Assembly (NCBI GenBank): GCA_002633005.1
Contig: NMRA01000811.1
Coordinates: forward strand, 71,523-135,522
Length of the DNA: 64,000 nucleotides
Direction of reading: 5' to 3'
Source of the DNA: Phoronis australis
Taxonomy: Eukaryota > Animalia > Phoronida
In this document: piece after piece, positions 24,369 through 33,534 of the stretch
Layout: each line of letters starts with the position of its first letter
Position numbering within the stretch: the first letter of the stretch is position 1
Position numbers and translations under genes: made by a program
The notes under the pieces: model-generated
The model's database searches: none
What the model saw: only the letters and a program-made list of their open reading frames with translations
What the model was told of the DNA's origin: nothing

Positions 24369-25838
24369 ATGCTAACAGTTACCGAAAATACGCATATGGT
24401 TGTACTTTTTGAAAATTTTCCGAAAGTACGCCGATTGGCGCACTTGCTTTGTGGTGAGTCTACATTTTCGGAAATTCCCGGTAATTGTCATTTGACGTGT
24501 ACGATTGGTGACGTCGACCTATTCGTGACGTATTCACTTTACAAATTTCGTAAAATGAACCCGGGAATGGCTCACAGAGTCATTCAAAACTTTATAAAAG
24601 TTACGATATCATGGTTTTTAGACTTTATTTTGCGAATTGTGCTGAGAACGACAGAGAAAGTTTACTTTGTCACAAGGAAATTTCCTCACATTGCGTCTTT
24701 TAGCAAGAAAGACGCTTCTGGAACCACGGCAGTGAGTGACAAGTGGTCAGGAGACGCATCTGACGCGTCTAAAACTATTCAGAAAGCAAACGTTGACACT
24801 AAATTAATGGAATCTTATGTCAGGTGTGTAACAGATTTGTGTTGTCTTCTTGTGATAGCATCACGCCGCAAAAAGGCAAACGCTGTCGACAAATCAATGG
24901 ACCTCGGTGGGCATGTCACCGAGTGTGAAGTCGAGTGCAAAATTGGAAACTCGACAACCATCTACAAAGAAGACGCTAAATGTGAAAGAAACACTTCGGA
25001 AGAAGTGTCCCGCGATTCCACAGAGAACGACGTGAAGGTAAAACACAATGTCCATGAAAATACGGATCTAACAATTGTACATAAAGACCAGATTGATGAC
25101 CCTGATGCTGAAGGGAGAGAAGTCGTACAATTGAACCTTAGAAACAAACCAGACGACGTCGAAGATGTTCAACAGGAAGTCATTCAACTGTCACGTACCA
25201 CTGGATTCGCGGTGAAATCTGAAAGCAACCCCGTTCAGAATGACCACTTAGAAGACGCCACACTGTCTGGTTTCACTAAGACAACTGATTCTACAGTTTC
25301 GGAGGAAGTGTACCCCATTTCAGCAAAGAAAGATGAGAACATCAAGAGCAATATGCATGAGAAGATAGATCTACCAGATGTAGATAAAGACACTATTAGT
25401 GACCCTGATGAGAGAGGGAGGAAAGTAGTAGAATTGGATAGCAGAAAAAAACCAGGTGACGTTGACCATGTTAGACAGGAAGTCATCCAACCGTCAGACA
25501 TGACTGGGTTCGATGATGCGGCTGATGGTATGGAGAAAGTCCTGAAATCCAAAAGTAAAAGCGTTGAAGGTTACCACTTTGGAGAAGCCACAACGTCGAC
25601 CGAGTCTGTAGATTCAGAGGAAGTATGCCACATTTCCGCAGACAAAGAGGAATTGGTGAAGAAGAATGTCCATGCAAAGACGGATCTAAAACAGTTACTG
25701 GCAAGTCAAATCCCTATTATTACACCCGACGAAGAAAGTTGTATCGAAATACGAAATATTGAGATCATTCCAGTAGACACCACACTTTGTGACATTCATG
25801 GGTTGCCTTACGGTGCAACATTCTTTTCTACTGAATGA
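24369..25838 (+). CDS. Uncharacterised acidic repeat protein, part 1 (true start may be the Met at ~24555)
   Basis: 489-codon ORF in AT-rich DNA; ~100-aa repeats SEEV...HEKxDL...PD..GR.VV.L..R.KP.DV..V.QEVIQ.S..TGF; no family recognised. Confidence 0.6.
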   Translation: MLTVTENTHMVVLFENFPKVRRLAHLLCGESTFSEIPGNCHLTCTIGDVDLFVTYSLYKFRKMNPGMAHRVIQNFIKVTISWFLDFILRIVLRTTEKVYFVTRKFPHIASFSKKDASGTTAVSDKWSGDASDASKTIQKANVDTKLMESYVRCVTDLCCLLVIASRRKKANAVDKSMDLGGHVTECEVECKIGNSTTIYKEDAKCERNTSEEVSRDSTENDVKVKHNVHENTDLTIVHKDQIDDPDAEGREVVQLNLRNKPDDVEDVQQEVIQLSRTTGFAVKSESNPVQNDHLEDATLSGFTKTTDSTVSEEVYPISAKKDENIKSNMHEKIDLPDVDKDTISDPDERGRKVVELDSRKKPGDVDHVRQEVIQPSDMTGFDDAADGMEKVLKSKSKSVEGYHFGEATTSTESVDSEEVCHISADKEELVKKNVHAKTDLKQLLASQIPIITPDEESCIEIRNIEIIPVDTTLCDIHGLPYGATFFSTE

Positions 25839-26744
25839 GCAGCTTCAGAAACCATCTGCCACAGCTCTGCACGTATGATTGACACTGGAGAGAGAGAAGT
25901 CGGTAAACTGGAAGGTAGAAATAAGTCAGGCGACGTTGGAGAAGTTCGACAGAAAGTCATCCTCTCTTCAGGTATTGCTGAGTTCGCTGACAATGATGAT
26001 AGTAGGGAGAAAGTCCTGAAATCCGAAAGCAAATTCGTTGGAAGTGGTCACTTAGAAGACATCACACTGTCTGATTTCAAAGATTTGACCGAGCCTACAG
26101 TTTCCTCTGCGATTGGGAAAACGTTTACACAGGACACACGACGCTCCACATCTGCGACTCTGTGCAGCAAATCAGGCAGCGTCGAAGGTATAAGCCCAGA
26201 GGGTGCAAATCTGCACAGCTTCGCCAAGTTGTCCCTAGATGCTATTTCTTCTCATACTGCAAATCTTTTAGAGTACACGTTTGTACCTGAAACTGACGAG
26301 AAGGACAAAATAAAATTTCAGGGCAGCGGTCTGTCCAACAAAAGTGTAGATATGCGATTGGACGACATTAAACCTTCTAATGTCGCCACCCAGCCTCACA
26401 ATCACATTTCGTTTGGGAGGTTGCATTTTCCAAAGAATATTGATGTGCCCGTAATCAGTAAAGATGACATTAATGTCACAAATCGTCAAGCTAAGAACGA
26501 ACCAGAGGAGGTTGAGGATGCTCGCCTAGAAGACGGCAGATTGTCGCCTTTTGCAACGTTGCTTCAGTATGATTTTTGTTTTGCTGCTGGGGATAATTCA
26601 ACGGACACTGAATACGACGGGAAAAGTAAAACAAGATTGCAAATTAGCGGCAAGCCATACATCATGGAGGGCATTCGTTCAGAAGATGTCGAGGCGTTTG
26701 TGGATGTGCCTCTTGACGACGATTCCTCTGTTTCAGCAAAATAA
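25839..26744 (+). CDS. Uncharacterised acidic repeat protein, part 2 (same frame, after a single TGA); with part 1 possibly a nonsense allele or pseudogene
   Basis: Frame continues AASETICHSSARMIDTGEREV... with another repeat unit; ends DVPLDDDSSVSAK TAA. Confidence 0.55.
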   Translation, partial: AASETICHSSARMIDTGEREVGKLEGRNKSGDVGEVRQKVILSSGIAEFADNDDSREKVLKSESKFVGSGHLEDITLSDFKDLTEPTVSSAIGKTFTQDTRRSTSATLCSKSGSVEGISPEGANLHSFAKLSLDAISSHTANLLEYTFVPETDEKDKIKFQGSGLSNKSVDMRLDDIKPSNVATQPHNHISFGRLHFPKNIDVPVISKDDINVTNRQAKNEPEEVEDARLEDGRLSPFATLLQYDFCFAAGDNSTDTEYDGKSKTRLQISGKPYIMEGIRSEDVEAFVDVPLDDDSSVSAK

Positions 26745-27863
26745 ATGTAAGTGTAGCTGCAAAGTGTATTTTAAGTGTACTTAAGCTGAAAGTGCGTTGA
26801 AGACTCCCTAACTCCCTAATTTAATGAAACACTTATCTCTTTCCGCCTATATAGACTGATACACGACCGGTTACACAGCCGTCTAGACATTGCATGTCAA
26901 GTTGAAAACTGGCCAGTCGGGGTTTTGAGTCAGCAAAAAGTGTGCCAAAATTTCCCGTTTTCAGAGGCACTCTCGTCGTTATATAGGGTAGTAGCCAGCA
27001 CACCAACTCAGGACAACTGGAATGTCTGATCGCGCCAAAATTCCGAAATATCATTCAATGCGTATTCATTAACTACCCGGATTTAACAATCGTGTATGAG
27101 GGGAGAATAATTTGTTCAAATCGTCGATAATAGTAAATCAATCCAGTTTTATTTCCGAAGTCCCTAATATTGCATCACTGTTATTTGGCCAACTTTTCCA
27201 AAATTGCATCATTTCGTGCTAACAGAAGATGGAATCTAAACCCTTGTGATGAGACAAACTACACGTAACTGTCCGACCTAGGCAAAGTGAACGTTGAAGC
27301 CAGATTATTAGAGTTAATAAGGTGTTTTAGGTCTTCCATCTTTGGATTGTTAAGTGGATAGGAATAACCCCTTTATTAATATAGCAGCCTAGAAAGTGAA
27401 ACGCCTTACAAAAAAGGTTCAACATACCTTTTCAAAACTAATGACATTGTCCAAGATCTCGATGGTAGGCCTATTGAGTGAACTCCTTTCTATCGTACTG
27501 ATAAAAAGGAAGCGCCAGAAAACAGATGTACCTGACCGCGTCTAAGCACCGACCGTGGACTAACTTTAGGGTGTAAGCACTGATTGAATTTTCTAACATT
27601 TTGAATTTGGAATTCAATAAATTTTTGCTTTGACACCCAGAATCAACTCTTTCGTTGAACTTTCAATATTATTGAAAACATGGGAATCTTTTCATGCAGC
27701 GCCCCCTAGTTTAAAGAGGTAAGTACCTAGTATTCATTCTCATTAATTATTGGTTTTAATTATTTATCATTGAGAATGAATAGGTGTTTATGGGCTGTTA
27801 AAGGCTCACTGGAATCTTCAGATATGTTCTTAGAAAATAATGCACGTAAAAGAGAAGCTTATA

Positions 27864-28423
27864 CCGGGATTTTCAGTAGATAAGCGCACACGATGAAACG
27901 CCCATGGGCGTTCATTTGGTGTCACAACTTCTGGTGTCAAAGTGTCCACATAGTGGGGCGTTAAGTGTCCAAATAGTTGGACGTCAAGTGTCCACTTAGT
28001 GGGGCGTTAAGTGTCCAAATAGTGACGCGTCAAGTGTCCAAACAGTGGGGCGTTAAGTGTCCAAATAGTGGGGCGTCAAGTGTCCAAACAGTGGGGCGTC
28101 AAGTGTCCAAACAGGTGGGCATTTATTCAGAAAATGCCCTCGTAAAGCCCACTCAGCGTCAACTTTTTGTCACAAATTCAGTTTTTTGGAGCATTTATTA
28201 CATGTAAAAACGAACAAAATGTTGGCGAACTATGCATTTAAGCCTATACACATCAAATTTAAAAAAAGTTTTAAGTAAAATACATGTATGCCAAAGTCGG
28301 CAAAATTATGACTTCGTTTAAAAGCCCCCCTGTTCCGAATAAACGCCCAGACGCTTATTTGGTATTACTAAAACGATTGAAATTGAAATACACGCCCATG
28401 GGCTTATCTACGGAAAATCCCGG
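27864..28423. mobile_element. MITE family A, TA target duplication (Tc1/mariner-type)
   Basis: TA|CCGGGATTTTCAGTAGATAAGC ... GCTTATCTACGGAAAATCCCGG|TA: 22-bp TIR with 1 mismatch. Confidence 0.85.
27937..28120. repeat. 23-bp tandem array (8 units) inside the MITE
   Basis: T(T/C)AAGTGTCCAAA(T/C)AGTGGGGCG x8. Confidence 0.92.
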
Positions 28424-30249
28424 TACTACTTCTGTTACTGCAGTTCAGTGAATCACCAACTTGATCTGGAGTGCGAAACTCGAGATTTAACAATGAAATT
28501 TGAGGTATAGTATGAAAGCAAGATAGCACAATTCTGACATATTTAAAATGAAATTTCGTCGCGACACTACATATAACGCCACAATGTAATCCTCGTTCTT
28601 TGCAACTGACCACGCCTGTCGCTGGACATCCTAGTAATATGCAGGCTAACGCGCCACGTCAGTCAATGTGTTGATTGTCAGTGAGTGATGGGTTTGGGCA
28701 GTGATGGAGTGGGGCTGTCGTTTGTCTCGGTATAAGCCTAGTGTAATGATGTGGTCAAATCTCGGAAGCGTGAAACGGCGGGTCCAGATTTTGAAATTAG
28801 TCAATTTAGTCCACTACTAGTAGAAGGTGAACCGTCCGTGCCCCTAATGCAATATATACTGTGTTGGGGATATTTCAATAAATCGCACGACGACGTCACC
28901 ATTAGTTTAATCAACTACTCCTGTCTTTAAAAATCGTCATCTTTTCCCCGTCGATTGATGACATCGTGTGAGNTCAATTCTGAGCGCATTTTTAACACTT
29001 TTAACGTTTTTTATCATAAAATACACTACACATCCGTGTATGTTTTGCAGCCATCAACTGAAGTCTCTGCCATGCACACATATTGAATGTAAATTGCATG
29101 AAGACAGGCAAAATAATTGAAAGTGTAGCTGCAAAGTGTATTTTAAGAGTACTTAAGCTGAAAGTGCGTTGAAGACTCCCTAACTCCCTAATTTAATGAA
29201 ACACTTCTCTCTTTCCGCCTATATAGACTGATACATGACCGGTTACACAGCCGTCTAGACAATGCATGTCAAGTTGAAAACTGACCAGTCAAGACAGATC
29301 ATTCGGGGTTTTGAGTCAGTAAAAAGTGTGCCAAAATTTCCCGTTTTCAGAGGCAGTCTCGTCGTTGTATAGGGTAGTAGCAAGCACACCAAGTCAGGAC
29401 AACTGGAATATCTGATCGCGCCAAAATTCCGAAATTTCAGTCAATGCGTATTCATTAACGACCCGGATTTAACAATCATGTATGAGGGGAGAATAATTTG
29501 TTCAAATCGTCGATAATTTTAATCAATCCAGTTTTATTTCCGAAGTCCCTAATATTGCATCACTGTTGGCCAACTTTTCCAAAATTGCATCATTTCGTGT
29601 TAACAGAAGATGGAATCTAAACCCTTGTGATGAGACAAACTACACGTTACTGTCCGACCGAGGCAAAGTGAACGTTGAAGCCAGATTATTAGAGTTAATA
29701 AGGTGTTTTAGGTCTTCCATCTTTGGATTGTTTGTGTGAGTGGATATGAATTACCCCTTTATTAATATAGCAGCCTAGAAAGTGAAACGCCTTACAAAAA
29801 AGGATCAACATACCTTTTCAAAACTAATGACATTGTCCAAGATCTCGATGGCAGGCCTATTGAGTGAACTCCTTTCTATCGTACTGATAAAAAGGAAGCG
29901 CCAGAAAACAGATGTACCTGACCGCGTCTAAGCACCGACCGTGGACTAACTTTAGGGTGTAAGCACTGATTGAATTTTCTAACATTTTGAATTTGGCATT
30001 CAATGAATTTTTGCTTTGACACCCAGAATCAACTCTTACGTTGTATTTTCAATATTATTGAAAACATGGGAATCTTTTCATGCAGCGCCCCCTAGTTTAA
30101 AGAGGTAAGTACCTTGTATTCATTCTCATTAATGATTCGTTTTAATTATTTGTCATATAGACTGAATAGGTATTTATGGGCTGTTAAAAGCTCACTGGAA
30201 TCTTCAGATATGTTAATAGAAAATAATGCACGTAAAAGAGAAGCTTATT

Positions 30250-30490
30250 CCGGGATTTTCCGTAGATAAGCACACACGATGAAACGCCTATGGGCGTTCA
30301 TTTGGTGTTACAACTTCTGGTGTCAAGTGCCAAATAGTGGGGCGTTTATTCGGAAAATGTCCAATCAACGTCAACTTTTTGCCACTAATTCAGTTTTGTG
30401 TAGCATTTATCTCTTTTAAAAACGAACAAGGTGTTGGCGAATTATGCGTTTATACACATAAAATTTAAAAACGCAGTTTTACGTAAAATA
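30250..30490. mobile_element. MITE family A, haplotype-B counterpart, truncated
   Basis: CCGGGATTTTCCGTAGATAAGC left end; one 23-bp unit only; interrupted at ~30494. Confidence 0.75.
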
Positions 30491-30494
30491 CCGT

Positions 30495-31316
30495 CAGAGG
30501 TCCTAAAGTCGTGAGTGCCCTTTTAAAAGTCGTGAACTATATCGTTTCCTCTTCTGTGCGGTCCCGCGATATCTGGCGTTGAAATTTCCAGCGTTCGTCT
30601 GCTTACGAACGTCAGACGAATACCCGGACGTGTTGGTATTCACAATATGATAACAAACAGTTAGTGAGTGAGTGGCTTCTTTCTTCAAATGTATCGTAAA
30701 AACAGCATATTTCACTAATCTACTTTTTTGTGCATTTTCAGCCAGGATATATTTTCGAAAATATTTATCGTTCAGATTTACTCAAAGACGCGCTCCAGGG
30801 GTAGCTTGAACAATGTATCAAAATGTCCCAGAGTCGATCAAGGTTTTGTAAGGCCAATGCAATAAAATACAGAGAGATAATTGATGCCGGGTTCTTAGCG
30901 TTTTACGTGAACATCCCTCGTTGAAAACGTCTGTGCACATCAAAGTTGGGTGCACACATATAACCATTCATTTCAACTGAAACTGAATAAATAAATGTTG
31001 CAATGCATTTTTATGTCGTCTAGGTAATTGTAAGCACTGTAGTTGATTTGTGTGGTCTTACGTCGGGCATTTCCGTCTAAATGAAACGGGGGGTCACGAC
31101 TTCAGGGCCTCATTCAAAATGGCCGGCGGACATCACATGAACGACCATTTCAAAACTCTGCTTACGGAGACAAACAAGGATTAAGATAGGTAAAACATGT
31201 ATATTTGTGAAGGCTGATATATGTCCATGATATCACATGAGCAGTTGCTAACGGACATTGGGTAGTATGACCATCAGCTGCTTATTATGCTTATCGTTCA
31301 CGACTTTAGGGCACTG
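30495..31316. mobile_element. Non-autonomous DNA transposon with CAG termini (hAT-like, inferred)
   Basis: CAGAGGTCCTAAAGTCGTGA ... TCACGACTTTAGGGCACTG inverted termini, extra internal TIR-like copy at ~31094; absent from haplotype A; no clean TSD. Confidence 0.6.
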
Positions 31317-32167
31317 GTGTCTACATGAAAGCCAAAGCCGTCCGTTCCCCTAATACGATATATACTGTGATGGAGATATTTTAATAAATAGCACGACGAC
31401 GTCACCATTAGTCTAATCTCCCACTCCTTTCTTAAATCGTCATCTTTTCCCAGTCGAGTGATGACATCGTATGAGAACGCTCCCTTAGCCGAAAATGACA
31501 AGCTCCTGGCCGTCGACTTCCTTATTTGGAAAGTCAGGTAAGTTGATTAGCCTAACATAAACTAGGTGTCGCATCAGTGCTTCGCATTTACTGGGAATTA
31601 TCCAGCCAGCGCAGTATACGCGGATAGCGAGATTATAAATTTGTTGCCTATAACCTGCGGACATCAACGTGGGAGAACTACAGTGACGAGGGGACCAATA
31701 CTGCGCCCGTTGGGAGGACCAGACTTCGCAGCTAAGTTAAACCACGTGACCAATCTTGAACTGCATAGACCAGAGCCGTCTAGTCTCTGCTGTGGCTAAT
31801 TTTGGGTGGAACCCCTTTGTTTTGTTTCTTTAACGCGGCGAGTTAGCGCTGATAATTACACAAGATGATACCATGGCTTAAACGGAGTTTACTGATTGCA
31901 ATGGGAAGATTCACACAGGGGAACCTGGTTTATTACTGTTTGAAGTTGGCGACTTCGACTTGCCTAATTAGCGTTGTGAGGGAATTTCTCCATTACTTCT
32001 CTTATGTAATTGCTGCCAGACCCAGGCTATCAGTCACGATGAGCGAGAAAAACGGGGATGCGCATGCGCATGCCAAATATTCTCCCTCTGCTGTTACTGA
32101 CTTTGGTATGGAATAGTTCTGCTTAACTGGTCAGGTAATGAGCACGGAGTCAGTAGTAAAATATATA

Positions 32168-32173
32168 TTTATT
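32168..32173 (-). promoter_or_regulatory. Candidate APCDD1 polyadenylation signal
   Basis: TTTATT on + (AATAAA on -) about 600 nt past the stop in an AT-rich tract. Confidence 0.45.
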
Positions 32174-32781
32174 TATATACTGGCGTCCAATAAACATTCT
32201 TTTAATTAAATAATTAAATAGTTATATGATCAATGTGGTATATAAACTACAGTCAACAAATACATTTGACAATCACAAAACATAGTACGCACGAGATGAG
32301 GTATGACACTAGTGTTCGCGCCTTGCACTGAGAATGGTGCCGCTGCACCCGGAAATCGTCGCGGGCGTTTACCTTGCGTTTCGTTCACAATGCGCAACAC
32401 CTGCTGCAAAACACAAGCACTGAAAACTTTGCGTGGTTTAATTGCCAATTTTTAACTTGCAAAGTAGAACATTTAAAATTTCTTTCGTGAATCGGGATGC
32501 ATTTTTCATTTAGCAGCGAGTTAAGCGGGTAAACGGAATCGTGAAAGAAACGCATGTCTGAACAACAATACATAACACTGATATCAGACTGAAGTATCTA
32601 ACGTTTTGTACCTCTCAAGTCATCTGCCTTGCCGTGAGCTGAAAACTAGTATTCTGCAGTTTCCCGCGTTGCAAATGACGGAAAGAGATCCTGATTGGTT
32701 TCTTTTGTACCTACAAAACGGTAAACAGCCCTCCTACTTTTACAAAAATTACAACCATCACTATGACACCTGGCGTCGCGT

Positions 32782-33534
32782 TTACAAAACAATAACGAGC
32801 AAACCGATTGCGATAGCAATCGTCGACAACGACCATGGTGCGTGGCGTAGACTAGCCCCTCTGAGTCGCTCCCAATACTTTGATTCATTTTCCATGGACG
32901 AAGCTTGCTTTTCGTCGTAATTGCATCGCATCAATGGTGACTGGAAAGCCGTGGCACGTTTCAACGGTGAATTGGGACTGGAACCGTCACTCGGCCTCTT
33001 GCCCAGTGCCAGTAACAGTCCATGTCTGTTCTTTTCAAGCCTCACAACCTCGAATTCAATGTACGGAATCTTAATTCCCAAAATTACACACCCTTTGGTA
33101 ACGGTGACGTCTTGTTCAACTCCACGAACCCAAACATTCTGCCCGCAACCAATTTTGTCATTCAGATTATACGTGACCAATTCATCTTCTGGCGTAACAG
33201 CCAGCTTATCAACTCTAAATCTGAAGTTTTCGGTGTTTTCCATAATGGACGAGTGTGATTCGTGGTAGTAATAGCCAGTCGCACTTAAAGTAAAGCTGGG
33301 ATCCTCACACCACGGGTCCCTCGCGAACTGAAAGACACCGGACCAAGTTCCTTTCGTAGGATCGAAGGTCACCTTCCGCGTAAGGTACTGTCCATTTGGG
33401 CGACTCTCGCACCCTGTGCTCACCCACTCTCCGTACAACCTTCGCAGGCTGACTGTGTGGAGTCGATGTAACGTAGGGGGTTCAACATCAGTCGCTTTCG
33501 ATAACGCCCGGCAGGTGGCACCACACCCGTGATT
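32782..33534 (-). CDS. APCDD1: APCDD1 exon 4
   Basis: TTGTAG|NHGCGATCRAL...GEWVSTGCESRP...QDVTVTKGCVILGIKIPYIEFE...LLVIVL*. Confidence 0.93.
   Translation of the reverse strand, partial: NHGCGATCRALSKATDVEPPTLHRLHTVSLRRLYGEWVSTGCESRPNGQYLTRKVTFDPTKGTWSGVFQFARDPWCEDPSFTLSATGYYYHESHSSIMENTENFRFRVDKLAVTPEDELVTYNLNDKIGCGQNVWVRGVEQDVTVTKGCVILGIKIPYIEFEVVRLEKNRHGLLLALGKRPSDGSSPNSPLKRATAFQSPLMRCNYDEKQASSMENESKYWERLRGASLRHAPWSLSTIAIAIGLLVIVL

Larger units (their letters stand above)
26736..31475 (+). repeat. Duplication (26736-28972 vs 29108-31475) across single N at 28973; likely allelic haplotypes with different insertions
   Basis: Near-identical 26749-27900 vs 29121-30300; homology resumes at 28830-28972 vs 31338-31475. 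Confidence 0.9.

Noticed and set aside
25836-25838. Selenocysteine codon
   Set aside because: Aligns to Ser, not Cys; no redox motif and no convincing SECIS by eye. Not excluded without a SECIS search.
25701-25864. Possible GC-AG intron removing the orphan's TGA (CTG|GCAAGT)
   Set aside because: Nearby AG acceptors do not restore the frame for this phase-0 donor, and the sequence around the stop aligns with the protein repeat, so it looks exonic.
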